A stretch of DNA of 64,000 nt, taken from NCBI GenBank assembly GCA_012295275.1, contig CM022675.1:12958001-13022000 (forward strand), given 5' to 3'. The stretch is from Chrysomallon squamiferum (taxonomy: Eukaryota; Animalia; Mollusca). The position numbers were made by a program, and so were the translations under genes. The notes beneath the pieces are model-generated. The model did no database searches, was not told the origin of the DNA, and was given only the letters and a program-made list of their open reading frames with translations. Shown here in pieces: positions 13,730-37,439 of this stretch. Numbering within the stretch: the first letter of the stretch is position 1; each line of letters begins with the position of its first letter.

Positions 13730-14100
13730 ATCTGTCGATGTAGCTCACGTCTGTTTCGCTAGAGTAATAAATGAATTCGCATGCTAAAGATAAAATGCGT
13801 CTGTTCTAACTTTTTTGCTTTGAGAAACGACACACGAGGGTGAATTTCAGTTCAGTCACGTTTATTAAGCACTGGTTGACACGTCACTTCACAAATATCA
13901 AATTTACCATTTTATATATTAATTCATATTTTAACAGTATTTAATACATCTATAGAGAGAAATCAAACTTTATTTCTACTGTCGTTTTTGATGAAACTGC
14001 AAGCAACTGAGAATACTTCAAAGTGAAAGTTAAACTTAAATTCCTGCAAGAAAATAATACTTTAATTGGCTACCTCCCTGTATTCAAGACTTATAAATAA
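13730..14100. repeat. Locally dispersed non-coding block in the CAP upstream regions
   Basis: ctgtttcgc...aagataaaat...tttcagttcagtcacgttt recurs at ~26870-27200, ~39430-39720 and ~41440-41640, and inverted at ~53380-53640, ~54180-54360 and ~54690-54890. Confidence 0.75.
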
Positions 14101-14639
14101 AGAGCAAGAACCAAAATATTTTATTTTCCTATTAATCTGATATTATTAACAAGAATACAAAATGGATGCCGAACACAGCTTCCATTGTTTGCTACCCTTG
14201 ATAACATTGCATTGTGATTCTACGCTGTATATTGTTATCTCACGTCTATGTATGTTATTTTATATTTCTATATAATACACATTCACTGTATAATGTATAA
14301 TATATATATATATATACGCACACACGCATGCACATAAAATAATATTTTCATTCCAGTTACTTCAGCTTCTGTATCTATTGATATTACAAGTGCTACTGTA
14401 CTACTACTACTACTACTACTCCTACTCCTCCTACTACTACTATTACTACTACTATTTCATGTTCTAACACAATAAGGACAAGATTTTTGTTTTATGAAGC
14501 ATAAATATGGTAGAACAATGAAGATTAACAATGTAATGCATAGTGTTTTTGTTAATGTAGTAGATATTCACTTTCTTCTATAAACAGGCGACAAGAAAAT
14601 GGTTAGTATACCAGTTGATTTCGAGATGAAATGTAGCAG

Positions 14640-14900
14640 CAATACAGGAATCTTTGCCTGAGATCAATCTTTCTCAAACATATGCTGGGTTCTCTGGAAT
14701 TGTTTCAGCTGTTGTTGTAACCACAGTTTTAATGCCAACCATCATGACAACAGAACATTTTTGGAAATTCTCCTGTTATCTGGCTATAATACTTTGCCTT
14801 GTCATCCAGTGTACTGGACAAGTAGCATCAACACAATGGATCTCCACTGTTGAACACTTCATAACTTACAGGTCTTGAATTGCCGAAGAAATCACACAGG
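14640..14900 (-). mobile_element. Possible highly decayed Tc1-like transposase N-terminal fragment
   Basis: Broken reading with RQSIIAR*QENFQK and VTTTAETIPE...RLIS, loosely like the Tc1 HTH region; contains stops and shifts. Confidence 0.3.
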
Positions 14901-15039
14901 ATAGTCAAAGGATATTTATCTGGAAACATGTGGGCCCAGAAATAAAAGCAATAATTTTGTCAAAGTCATCATTATTTATGCCCTATTCAATGTAAATTGA
15001 ATATAAAAATATGAAAGACTGAAAAGTATCACCAAAAAT

Positions 15040-15440
15040 AAAAGCTTGGAGAGATGTTGGTTAGATGTTTGTTTTCAGATATAGTCATGTCGGTTTCCCT
15101 AAAACGTAAATATAACGACTGATGTAAGATGTCCTGTAAAGGGACTGGTCAATTAGATTATGTTTACCATTTGTCAGAAGTAAATTTTAGCAGAGAGGGC
15201 GAGTGTTTATGATCATGGCAATGCAAGGCTGCTGGATGCTTCTTTAAAGAAAAGCTTTTGTTTTAATTGAAATGATCTCCAGTAAGTGTTCATGCTATAG
15301 GTCTGACCTGTGGACCATTAATAGTCAGATATTACACGGCTCAAAAAGAACTGATTGAATCACAAAGGAAAATGTTTTTACACAGACCAAGTTCAGATAG
15401 TCAAGTTAACTAATTTTTCTTTGTTTCTTTGTTTACCTTG
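15040..15440. repeat. Dispersed repeat fragment, second copy at ~52120-52440
   Basis: Shared atagtcatgtc.gtttc.c.aaaacgtaaatataacgactgatg...tgaaatgatctccag...agttcagatag. Confidence 0.75.
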
Positions 15441-15739
15441 ATGTGATTGCTATGATAAAACATATCATTTAAAATACGATAGCCTACCAATACTGTATAC
15501 AGTATATCCCATTATCTTCCAACGTAAATGGTTGATTTGATTCTTCTCATATGTTGTAGTGACCACTGCGTATGGATTTATTATTAATGGGAATACATAT
15601 TGATATTAAAATGTTATTACTGCAGTAATTTGTCAACGCTAGAACTGAAACAAATTCAGACCTGTATTTTTGTTTTTGTGATTACTGAAAGATTTTAATG
15701 TTATTAATATATATGGCTTGAAGTCAGTGATTAGCGGAC

Positions 15740-16260
15740 CAGGGAACAAGTAACAACAAATCCAAGACGTTGACGATCGACCCCGTTCAGATGATCGTGT
15801 GGCAACAAGATGTGTGCAGAATCGATTCATCCGTAACCAAGTTGTAACAAACCGAGATAAAACTGCAAATTAAATCGTTGAAAACCTTTATCAGTCTACT
15901 GGGGTCCGGGTTACAGGTCAGATGATTATAAGTCGTCTTCATGTTCCCAAATTTCATGTTCCCTTTTTTCATGCTCGACGTCTCAGACTTGAACTGCACG
16001 CCAGCGTCATCATGCGATTTCAGGGCAGATTTGGAGGTAGATCGATGGCGTTGGGTGGTGTTACCACATCTGACACAACGCCCCTCCATATAATGCAAGG
16101 AAAGATCAGTAGGCAGGACTACCAGGACAACATATTGAAAACATTTTTCGTCCTGTTTGCTAAGCGTAAGCGTCTCAGGATAACAAATGTCAGTGCTCAG
16201 CGGAGTGGAACAGATTCACTAAGATGACCTTTGAAAGACTTGCACACAGTATTCCTCATC
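15740..16260 (+). mobile_element. Decayed Tc1/mariner-family transposase remnant
   Basis: DVDDRPRS..R..T..VQNRFIRNQVVTNRDKTA resembles Tc1 DRPRSGRPRVTT..DR.I. RFGGRSMALGGVTTSDTTPLHIMQGKISRQDYQDNIL resembles Tc1 FGGGSVMVWGGI....G.L..I.G......Y..IL. The fragment is frameshifted and no TIRs were identified. Confidence 0.75.
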
Positions 16261-16493
16261 GACTGATTAAAAAATAAATAATAAAAATCCAGACAAACAC
16301 GCCAGCACAACAGTTTCATTTCTTACCACAGTCGTTCTTCAGTCTCATTCACTCTCTTAAAACCTACAGTGATACTCAACTACTACTTATAATTCACATT
16401 TCTATCACAGACATTCCCCTAATCCAAAATACTTGATATTGTCCGTTATTCATGTTTAGCTCGTTGAAAATACTTCATGTAGCAGAAACCCAC

Positions 16494-16528
<35 letters not shown>

Positions 16529-17228
16529 CACAGACACAAATGACAAATAAAAAAACCTCTGCAGTATAGTCAAAGACTATTAAATTTTATTGCACAGTTT
16601 CATTTGACATTGTGTACAGTCAAAAGATTATTAAAGAATTTTCAAATTTAGTAAATCACGTTTTACACGGTTAATGTCTTCTGTGTCGTTACTTCCTGTA
16701 AGTCTGAAAACAAAAATTTATATATATTAATTACATTTTGTCTGTTTGGCTGTTTATTTACTTATTTATCTTTTTAGTTATGTATTTTTTAAGTATTATT
16801 TTTTTCACATTATTTATTTATTTATTTTACTTTTTTATTATTGTTTATATATACTTTTATGGACATGCAAATAGAAAAAAGGAGAATAACAGCATAGACT
16901 GTGTTGATAATCCTGTCGACTGAAGGTGTTTATACATTTATAAATAAATCTTCTATAAAACGTGAATATTTTACCACGATCTTTGTTACATCAGTTGTAC
17001 AGTATTAGTTATAAAAGTGTTGAATAAGAAACAGCCCAGTGAGTGTATTAACAACAAGAAAACAATAGAACGTGGAAAGAGAACAAGAACAAGCAGAACA
17101 AAAACAGAAGAAACAAAAAACGAATAACAGAGATAATAATACACAAAACAACATCGAGAAGAAGAAAAAGAAGAAAACCAATAATAATAATAAGAAATCT
17201 AAAAAAACAATATGGCGATCTTACCAGT

Positions 17229-25300
<8,072 letters not shown>

Positions 25301-26583
25301 TGTTTCTACCACAGAAAACAGCAGCTTGAAACAAATGTGCTTTAACACTGCTTGATTTCGTATATTTAAAGGAATTAAACAGGCCATTTTTAATAAATTC
25401 TTTGTTTCATGTATCTTCGGTTTTAACGCCAGCGCTTTCGAAATTCAATTTTTTTTCTTCAATATATCTTTTTATTTCTTAACACTAATAACGATATATA
25501 GATATATATATATATAAAAGAATGTTAGAGGAATAAATAAATTGACTTAAATTTGAATTTTTAGTTTCCAAAACACTAATATTTTCATATTATGGTCTTT
25601 CGGCCTACGCTTAAAAAGATAGGATCTACTACAGAGAAAGAATTGGGAATGGCTTGAAAATAATAACATATGTGACATAACAACATCTTGCAAAATGTTT
25701 TCAATACATAATGCATACAAAATTACTTTTTTGATAGATCAAACATGGAGTCATCACGTGCGAAGCCTGGGGTTGTGTGTTCGTGCACTGAGTACGGTCG
25801 TACGTGAGTATGTGCGTTCAACAGCTGGCAGCAGTTAACAAAGAACGTGGAGATTTTCCCTTTCTGATTGCGACGAACTGTGATGTGTACAGCAAGATTA
25901 GAGACGTCATAAATAAATGAAAACACACAGATTGTTTTGTGTGCATCCAATTAAATTTAACATCACCTTTTCTTTAGAAAGTTACTACTGTTTGTACATT
26001 TGTTTCTATTACTAATGCTGATCTCAATACAACTTTCTTACTCTTACTATTCTACTAGTTCTATTGCTAGTGGGCATACAATTAAATTTAACATCACCTT
26101 TGTTCTTTAGAAAGTTACTACAACTTCAACACTACTTCTATTAATGATTCTAATATTAATACAGTTTGTTGTAACATCTGCTGTTACCACTACTATAACT
26201 ATCACTATTACAGATATTGCTACTCTTTACAGTAATAGTACTGTTGCGTCTACTTCTGCTTCTACTACAACGTTTTCTTCTGCTTCTACTACAGCTGTTA
26301 CTACCATTATTATCACCACAGTTACTTTCTCTTTTCTTTTCTCTTTTGTTTCTTTGCTACCAGCGTGACACTGCAGTTTGTACAGTTGTAATGGTTATTG
26401 GTGAGACTGACAGGGAATGATGACATTATGTAGCAGTAGCATTAACCATGGTAGTATTAGCAGCATTTGTTTTATATTAAAAGTAATATCAGTAGTTGTA
26501 ATAGTGAATATAACTTGTTTTCGAAGGGACTGTTTGCAGTTGATTTATTTATTTATTTATTAATTATTATTATTATTATTATG

Positions 26584-26630
<47 letters not shown>

Positions 26631-28082
26631 CCGCGAATATATAATATGAAGCCACATTGGCCATTGCATTTTATTGATTCGTTTAAGCTACAAAAAACAC
26701 TTCAATAATATTTCATGGTTTAACATTTCCAGTATTGTCGTTGTCGTCGTTGTTGTTGTTGTTATTGCTATTATTAAAAGATCACTTTATCTTAGACACA
26801 TGACACACACACATCTGTTTCAATATTCATGTTGTCAATACTTTCGAACGCAGATATATCTGTCAATGTAGCTCACGTCTGTTTCGCTAGAGTAATAAAT
26901 GAATTCGCATGCTAAAGATAAAATGCGTCTGTTCTAACCTTTTTGCTTTGAGAAACGAGACACGAGGAGGAATTTCAGTTCAGTCACGTTTATTAAGCAC
27001 TGATTGACACGTCACTTAACAAATATCAAATTTACCATTTTATATATTAATTCATCTTTTAACAATATTTAATACATCTATAGAGAGAAATCATTTTTAC
27101 TTCTACTGTCGTTTTTGATGAAAGTGCCAGCAACTGAAAATACTTCCAGGAGAAAGTTAAATTTAAATTCCTGCAAGAAAATAAAATAATACTTTAAACG
27201 GCTAATATTCATACACTGTATAACACACACATTACGTGCGTGTGCGTGTGTGTGTGCTTCCGTCAGCTGGCAGGAGTTAAATAAAATTCAGGGAGATTTT
27301 TGTAAATTAAAATGGAAGAAACTGTGAAAAAAATATAATAGATTTGTACGAAAAATAATGTATATAGGAGGTGCCTTAATGGGGTGGATTCTGTCTCTAC
27401 CAGAATTTATTGTTGTTTATTTATTATAAACTAGGATTTCAGATTACAGTGTCTAACTGGGATGTCAGAACAAATGTTTTTTTTTTTTTTTTTTTTTTGT
27501 TCATCCGTTTGTGCTTTCACTTTAAAAAAAAAAAAAAAAAAAAAAAGGAAATTAATTAAATGTCGTAATTGAAATAAGAAAAACTATCTATAAATCTAAT
27601 TTCTTTGACTCATTTTTGTTTTGTTCTTACACTCGTTCATTAACTTTTCATTTAGGGAAGGCTTAGGAAACCTTGCGTTAATACACTTCAGGAATTTTTT
27701 GACATTTTGTTTTTCATCCGAAAATAAATTTATCTTCAGTCTACTGCAGCAGCGTCCAATAAAACAATAAGAAGATTAATTATATCGATTTCCTGTCAGT
27801 CTGAAGTTTAAATTAAATACGATAGCAAGGAATTTTATTTTACCTGTCACTCAGTCTTTTTTAACCATTTGCCTTCACATCAAAACCGAATAATTTCCCT
27901 TAGACAATTAATTTAATTTATGCATTTTAAAATTTAGAAAATTCGTGTACACTTGTTAACTCTTTATATTTATATCTGGGTCGAAACTGCGGTTTGACGA
28001 GGCAATATGACAAAGTACCGAAAGTATTAAATATACTGTAATAAATAATTTACTTAAATTTGATTCTCTTATCTGTTTTTTT

Positions 28083-28125
<43 letters not shown>

Positions 28126-28380
28126 ATATCGTGTATTTTAGTTCTTGTCTGATTTCGATTTTTGGTGCAATAATAATTTTAATACAAAAATATAAAGTGT
28201 ATTTACACACAACGCCATGGACGTGGATTTATGTCAATAAGTATTAAAACAGCTCGTGTGTATCACTATATTTTACTATAGAATTCAGTTATTAAATTAT
28301 AATATATTATTAGTAGTATGTCACAGATTACTACACAACTTACTTTTTATTTTACATTTATGTTCAAATATCATAACTGT

Positions 28381-28420
<40 letters not shown>

Positions 28421-29095
28421 ACAAACACAAAAACAAAAATTACAAATAAAAAACAATCATGGCAGACATTCTTCAAGATATTTCGTGTTCAAAAAACCTA
28501 CTGTAATACTGAATTACCAACTATAATTTTTGTCCGTTTATGACATTAGCATTTCGCACACCTAATATAATTTCAGTTTTCGAATTGTACATTGTCATTA
28601 GCTTTCCACACAAAGGTTATTTTGAAGGACATACATACATACATACATACATACATACATACATACATGCATACATGCATACCTACTTACCTCCCTACCT
28701 ACCTACCTACCTACCTACATACATATATGAGAAAACACACACACACATATAGAGATACATACACAGACACAAATGACAAATAAGAAAACCTCTGCAGTAT
28801 AGTCAAAGACTATTAAATTTTATTGCAGTTTTATTTGACATTGTGTATAATCAAAAGATTGTTAAAGAATTTTCAAATTTAATAAATCACGTTTTGCACG
28901 GTTAATGTCTTCTGTGTCGTTACTTCCTGTAAGTCTGAAAACAAAAATTAAATATTTTAATTACATTTTGCTTCGAAAAGAAAATTAACGATATCTAAAG
29001 TACAATCATACATTTTTATGTTTGTTCTTAATATCCTTTTATTTATTTACTTTTTTCTTTTCTTGTAGCCATAATCTGTCTATATCTGTATCTAC

Positions 29096-29133
<38 letters not shown>

Positions 29134-29542
29134 ATATATATATATATATAGACAGATAGTTAGGTGTAGATATTCAGATACTTTTTTGACATGCGAAGAA
29201 AAAACTTAGAGAACCACAACTACAGCAATATGTATTACTAATATACGACAGTATAATATTATCGACTGAACGTTATGTGTAATGTGAAGGGTTTATGCTG
29301 AATTTTGTTACATCAGTCTTGCAGCACTAGGTATAACAGTAAAAAGCTGAATGAGAAACAATTCAATGACTGTGATAAAGTAGGACAACAAAGTGGAACA
29401 AAAACAAAAACTAAAAGAAACCAGAAAAAAAGAAGAAATAACAACAATAGCAATGACGACAACAACATCAAAAAGAATAAAATGAAAAAAGACAAAAACA
29501 AGAAGAGTAAATTTAAGAAAACAATATGGCGATCGTACCAGT

Positions 29543-32500
29543 TCAACAAAGATTCATACACGCATTGTCTGCATTCCAACAAAATCTTCGCAAACCTCTT
29601 CGGAATGAACGGTTCATCTTTCTGTTACAAAACCTATCATTTCTATCCCTGCATCCGTTACCTTTTGAAATATTTATATATTTTAAAAAAAACACCTCAG
29701 AAATGTCAGTATTTCTTATTATATTTGGTACAGTTGTAACTTCAAGTTAGTAAAATAATTATGTTTCATACTACGTATTCCACAGTTCTAACTCTATGTT
29801 ACTTTTCACACTTTTTATTTCAAGTTACCGAATGTTTATATTTTTACTCTACGTTACTGAATATTTATATATATTTGGTCTTTTCTAAGTCCATGTTTCT
29901 ACTATATATATATATCGTGCAATCCGTTAAATAATAATAATAATAATGAACATTTGCTCACCTGAACACAGACCACATGAAAGTCTACATCTTCGACTTA
30001 CTCGCGGTCTGCTGCACATTCGATCCCAGACATTCAAAACTTCATCCCAAATCTCGTCAACACAACCTGAAAGAAAACGTTTAAATAAATCAGTCAGGCC
30101 ACATTGACACTTCACTAAACTTTACCTTTTATAAGTCATAAGTTTTCATTTACTGCGATGATTTGAGAGAGAAAATCCTCTGTAGCCATTATGTTATAAT
30201 CCTATCAATTAGCAGCAGTTATTTTGGCCTTGCTATTAATGGAAAGCCAAAAGCAAAATAGAAAGATTTCCTAATCTACGAATAACGTTTTCTTCAAATC
30301 CATCATTACGTGTTTTTTTTTATTGGTCTGGTCCGCTATTGACATACAACGTACGAGCAGAAAAGGGAGTCCATGTTTTCGGATGGAAATTGTGTGCACT
30401 ATTTAATATTTTCGCCTAGTACTTCAGTTTGAAAATAATACTAAAGAAAATAAACATTAACATTTAACAAACTAACTGTCTGCAGCATGTATCAGTCTTG
30501 TCATATGTCCATTCAGTTTAATATTTAAATATTTAAAACAGACGATTGATCAACTTTTGTTTATTGCCCTGTTATAGACCCGTGTCTTATTCAGAATGAG
30601 TAATTTCACTTGATGATCTACACTGACAGAAACGTAATACAGAACTTACTGTTTTCACACATTGGTCCGTAGAAGTTTGTTCTGCATTCGCACTGGCAAG
30701 TTTCTGTGTTCAAAGTTCCACCATTCAGACACTGCAAGTTACAGGCAGCTGTGGAGGAAATGGACATTTAGATAAATGGATGGATGAATGAACGGATGGA
30801 TTGACAGATGATGTGCTATTGGATATACTGACGACACATACCTGCACTTACATTTATAGCAATGTACATATACACACACGCACGCATCTATATCTGGGTG
30901 AGTGTTTATATGTAGGTAAATATATATATATATAATTACTGAGATATATACACATACATATGTAAATAGAAACACGCACACACATACGTCACACACGCAC
31001 ACACATGTCACAGACGCATACATCAGTTATCGCTTTACAAGGTTAGTACTGAACAACAACAACAACAACAAAAAGAAACTTCTGATTTGTACAATATAGT
31101 ATTTGTTGTTCTAAAGAATTCTATGTGTAATGAAATTTTTATTTAGGTCGTTTTAACCTTGACCTGTATGATCAGGATTCATTAATGTTATCGATTACTG
31201 TTGCACTGTTAATCGTCAGCACATCGTGAAACTCAATTTGCACGTGCATGCATGATTCGATCGACATGTCCCGTGTCGTGTTCAGTCTTGATTGGGCAAT
31301 GACACTGAGTTTCTGTTAACCTACGGCCATGAATTTTGGGACCAAACAATGCATATATAACAGTCATTGGGCCTTGGTTTGTCTTCATCGAGTCATGTTC
31401 AAGCAAAGTTAACGGACGTGTCTTGTTTTGTTCATTAATAATTCAGCTAATAATGTTTTTTTTTTATCTTACTTGTAGTTGTTGGCGTTGTTGTTGTCGT
31501 TGTCGTATCCGGCGTTGTAGTTGTTGGCGTTGTAGTTGGCGTTGTAGTTGGCGTAGTTGTTGGAGTTGTAGTTGGCGTTGTAGTCGGCGTTGTAGTCGGC
31601 GTAGTTGTTGGCGTTGTAGTTGGCGTAGTTGTTGGCGTTGTGGTTGGCGTAGTTGTTGGAGTTGTAGTTGGCGTTGTAGTTGGCGTAGTTGTTGGCGTTG
31701 TAGTTGGCGTAGTTGTTGGCGTTGTAGTCGGCGTTGTAGTTGGCGTAGTTGTTGGCGTTGTAGTTGGCGTTGTAGTTGGCGTACTTGTTGGCGTTGTAGT
31801 TGGCGTAGTTGTTGGCGTTGTAGTTGGCGTTGTAGTTGGCGTAGTTGTCGGTGTTGTAGTTGCTGGTGTAGTTGTTGTCGAATCTAACTGGCCTGAAGTG
31901 GAAATACATCATCAAGCAAACACAGAAAAGAAACGCTTACATTACTGAGATTTAATTCAAACTGCAGCTAAGTATGTTTCACTCGTCGTCTAAGAATGTT
32001 ATGCAGTCTACACCACTATAAGAACTTCTAGTATTCTCTGAATCAGAGAAAACAGTAACTTACTGCAGTCGTCTCCGGTATAAGGTGCGACACAGGCACA
32101 AGCACATCTAGTTCCACTTGCGTCTGTGACGTAATGCCTGTAGCCATCATTCTGACAGTTGAGAGGGCAGGTATCTGAAATATGTTATAAAGAAATGCGT
32201 AAGTGTTTGTTTCTCTCTGAGTCAGTGTCTTTTATCTGTTATGTATGTTTAGATCTTCAACAACAAAACTGTTTTAAACAGACATACATACAATACGATA
32301 AATATGACATTTATTTAGATTTGAGTAATATCTGTCTCTTAGTGCGCGTTTTTGAGAAACAGAAGGAATAAGCAAATGATTCACTTTACGATCAACATCC
32401 ATAGAAACATATAAGAACGACGGAAAGAAGAAATAAAGGTCTGAGAGAGACAAAGATAAACTGGGAGACAGGGAGTCACAGAGAGAGAGACAGACAAAGA

Positions 32501-34263
32501 TAAACTGGGAGACAGGGCGTCACAGAGAGAGAGAGACAGACAGTAAAGGTAATATCTATGACAATGGTTTAAAAAAAAAAGTATGATCATTCATATTATA
32601 AGATACAATAAAACTCCTTTATTAAAAATTATTCCTTGATAATGAAAAATATAAATATGCCTACATATATTTCCTTAATGCTGGAAGCTATAAGCACAAA
32701 TACCTGGTTACTTACCTGGACACACCTTACAGCTCGTAGGACAGTACTGTGATGCGTAATAGAAACCATTGTCACACTTATCCGCTTCACAGTTCGAGTC
32801 CAACGGATTAGCAGGACAGGTCACTTGAAAGTAGAATAGTAATGTACAGTTATTAGTCACTATGCTTTACTATAGCTTCACTGTAGTTTAACCTCAATCA
32901 TCTTTCATTATATGGCGACATAATAATGTTAGGTACCAGATACAGAAGAAGAGAAAAGAAAAAACTACATGATATGATCAGCTACCGTACACAAAAGAAG
33001 GGCAGGAAACAAAACAAAAGAACAACAAAAAATCACAGTAATGGTTGTCAGAGATACACATCTGATCAAAGAGTATATGTCATAAACCAGTTGGTGAATT
33101 ATAGCACAAATTAGTCTCCTTCTGAACTTCAATCCGCATCTTTTTTTCAAAAATTCAAAGTGATAAGACTTTAAACATTTAATACATTAAGTGTCTCATA
33201 TTCCAGTAGTTATTCGTGTTTTTTGTTAGCGTAGAGGGGATACGTAACAACTCGTAAATGTTGATTTACATCTGTATTCTTCTAGTTAAATAAGGACTTT
33301 AGAACATTTGTTTAACCCCTACTTTTAGTAATATAATTATGGTCACTGTTCAGTTAATGACTAAAGTTTTGTTCTTATTGCTAGATACACCCGTTATTTC
33401 ACTTACCTATTTCACACTTGTCTCCTGTAAATATTTGATCGCCAAAGTTATCTTTGCAGGTACACGTGCAAACACCAATATTTAGTTCTGCTGAATTGTA
33501 GCACACCAAACCATAACATTCTGAAAAAAGAAACATAGATTCGTGTAAACTCGTGAATTAGTCACTGAAATCTTTGTAGTAAACAAATTATTTCATTAAT
33601 CAGAAACTCTGATAGACTAACCAAACCAATTTTAAAAAACAAATAATAATAATAATAAACTGTTTCATTACTCGTTCAGATTTATCTGAAATACTATTGT
33701 GTTTCACTGTTCAGGCAATTGTATTATGAAATACAGTGTTTCACTTGTCAAGCAGATTTTACCTCAAGTAATCATGTTTCATTATTCAGGCAATTTCTAT
33801 CTTGAATAGTGTTGTTTCACTATTCAGACAATTTCATCTTAAGTATTATTGTTTCATTATTCAGACAATTTTTATCTTACGTATTGTTGTTTCACTATTC
33901 AGACAATTTTACTCAAATTATGTAGTCGTTCAGTAGTCAATCAGTTTTTAATCTAAATTATAGTGTTTCAGTAATCATCTATTTGTTAACTGAAATATTT
34001 CACTATTCTGATAATTTTTATCAGAATCATAATTTCACCATTCAACTATTCTTTTTCTGCTTAAATAACACACTATTCCAGTAATCAAGTATTTTATTTC
34101 TAGCTTGATAATATTTCATTAATCAGGCAATTGCTATCTGAAGTATAGTGTTCAATTCTTCTCTATCTGGAATACTGATGTATACTGTTGTATTTTACCA
34201 GTCAAGATGTTTCATCTTAAGCAATTTACATTTTATTTGAATAGAGGTGTCACTAGTCAAGTA

Positions 34264-34322
<59 letters not shown>

Positions 34323-36202
34323 TCTATTTATTTATTTATTTAGTTTTCTATTATTTTTGTCTCAAGCAAGTTCTGCTTAACTAAAATGCATTTTATATGA
34401 AGAACAGCTTCACTAGATGTTAGCTATTTACCACAGGTCTTGGGGTAGTCCACGCTGTTTGTGCCACACGTGTCACACGTCATGCCTGTAGACGGGGCAC
34501 AGTAAGGCTGGTTATATTCTGAATTCAGCTGTCTGAAAAAAAGTGAAAACAAGTAACTAAATAGTAATAGTCATTTCATTACGTTATACGCTGATAATGT
34601 TATTATTGTATCCATGGGGTATGTCAAAAATAAACAAGTGCTCTTATTAATGCAATATTTTTTTTTAGTTTTTTTTGTTTTAGTTGTGTAAAACTTACTG
34701 GTTAGCGTAATTACAAGTAACAATGTATCTGTATGCCCCTTCGATTCCATTGACGCCACAGTCGACCAAAGCACAGCCCACACTCGAAGATCTGTGCAGA
34801 ATCATCTACAGAGTAGATGATAAAACAAAAAATAATACTTATCTAAATAAAAATATCACACTGTACTTTAAAACTGTTACGAAACCAATTCAAAATGTCC
34901 TATTGTCATTTAAAACTGCTTTCTAATTATTTCAAAATATCTCGTAGCCGCTTAAAGCTCCAACATGGCTAATTCAAAATGTCACACTGTTGTTTCAAAC
35001 TGCCATACTATAGATTATTCCTCTGAAATCCTGCATACGTATTGCATTAACAATATTTAATAGATAAAATTTAATTAATTTAGTGATTAGAATTTGACAA
35101 ATCTCTTACGTCAAGTCATTAAACAATGGCAGCATTTCTGAACTCACCTGCGTGTAGTGACCAACTTTCGAAAAATCGTTGCTTCCACCGTATGTGAAAT
35201 CCTTCTTCTCATCTTCCCAGCCTAAGATGGCAGGAATGATGTCACTAACCGTTCCACTCGAGATGTATATATTCTGACCAATCTTTACATCAGGTAGACC
35301 TGGACGTTAGAGAAGTAACCTTTATACATCCATATCTGTGTTTTCATACCTTTATACATATATTCATGTTTACATTCCTACGTATTTTTGTACATTAGCA
35401 TTTACACCTTTACTATATTCATGTTTACAGTTTTGATATTTCTGAAGTAAGATTTAGATTTTTATATATTTATACATTCAACTTCACAACTTTATATATT
35501 TATGTACATTTATGTAATTATATTCATATTTATATATTTACATAATATATATTTTATAGTCATATCTGCATGCATTAGTAAAACTGTAAGTTCATATTTA
35601 CATGATAGTATACTTTATCTTAAAAGTAAAATTATTTTGTCAAAGAAAACTTACTGAAAGCTCTTCTGTTGATGCCCTCATCGTGTTCAAACAGACACCG
35701 AGCAGCGTGTTTTTTGGCAATGAAAGCAAGCTCGTCATCCCAATACTGAAACAGATTTTTAAAATGCTCACTGATCAGTAAGTACCGTTATTTAATCATC
35801 CATCATTACTTAGTCAATGATTTTTGGTAACGGATGATGTCATTGTGGTCAAGCAGTTGTTTTAATCATTTGAAAATAAAGTTTCTGTTTTAGCATTATG
35901 AAAACAGTTTTTGAATAAATGATAATCAAGCCTTCTCGGAAACGTTTCTGAATTCGTCAGAAGCGATCAAATACATGAACAGGCACACAGAAGCAGAATA
36001 TTTAGAAAATTCTGAGATATGTACGTGTTTAAAGTACTTGTGTAATAAGCTTCGTTTTCCTATCATTTCTGTCTCCATTACATGCATGTTGCAAACATAT
36101 ATTTAACAAAATTTTGGTCAACGTGAATAATTCTCACAAAAAAAAACAAACAACTTAACTAATGTCTTCATTAGATATACAAAAACAGACCGTTTAAAAA
36201 TC

Positions 36203-36235
<33 letters not shown>

Positions 36236-36515
36236 GACGTTAGATAAAATATTTAAAACAGCTCTTTGCGCTAAATTATAACCAACGAAAAACTGTGACT
36301 GAATGACATTCATCTTTGTTGGACAGTTAGGTGGGACTTAAAAGACAACTGGGCGCGTGTAGAGTCACCAATTATGAACTTTCAGTAACTGTTCGGATGT
36401 CTTAAGACACAACAGTTTGAGATACCAGTATTTGCATCATCTGACATTTATAAAGTCTTTTTATCCACATTTATCATTTAATGATTTAGAGGACGAAATA
36501 TTATAATACTGATTG

Positions 36516-36564
<49 letters not shown>

Positions 36565-37407
36565 TATATTTATTATACCATTGTCTGCATGTCAGCAGCT
36601 GCAGGATCGACTTCGCTTCTCACACGATTGTGTTCAGCAACAGCAGCGTCTTTCTGCTGCTCTGTTAATGGGATTTCAGTTCCAACATCAACTTTACACG
36701 CCGTGTGAGTGGAGCTAAAAAATTCATACTTGCACTGAAAAGAAATAACGTGATTTGTTCTTTTACATTGCCTCTTTCAATTACTACTACTACCACTACT
36801 GTAACTACTACTACTACCATTACAATTACTGCTCTATTACTACAAATACAGTAACTACTACAGTTATTACTATTACTACTACCACTGCAACTACAACGTT
36901 CTCTAACAGTATTACTTCTAAAAGAACGAGTGCTGCTGGAATTACTGCTAGTATTGCTACTATCTCTACTAATACTACAGGGACTGTTACTACCAGAATT
37001 CAAACTATTACTAGAACTACTACTAACACTATGTTGTTTACGACATTTACTATAACAATAACAATAACAAAAATAATAATAATCATAATAATAATAATAA
37101 CAACAACAACGTCAATAATAATAATAATTTATTTATTCACTCATTTATTCATTCATCCATGTTTTATATTGTACTATTTATTTATTTATTTATTTATTTA
37201 TGAATTAACTGAAAGGTATCAAGATTCAATTTTCTTTCATTATCTCTTATGAAAATGAAGCAAAACAAAAATAATTATTCAAATACAAACAACAAAACAT
37301 AAACTTACCGTGTCCCGTTTTGTGATGGACTCTGAAAAAAAAAAAAAAAAAAAAAAAATACATAAGAAATAGTCACATAAACCAAATAATAAAAATAATA
37401 ATAATAA

Positions 37408-37439
<32 letters not shown>

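Noticed and set aside
31336-31948. Cys/Trp/Arg-rich, Asn/Tyr/Ala-rich and Val/Gly-rich ORFs
   Set aside because: Alternative frames and the antisense strand of the TTTP exon; only the Thr frame joins the flanking exons in phase
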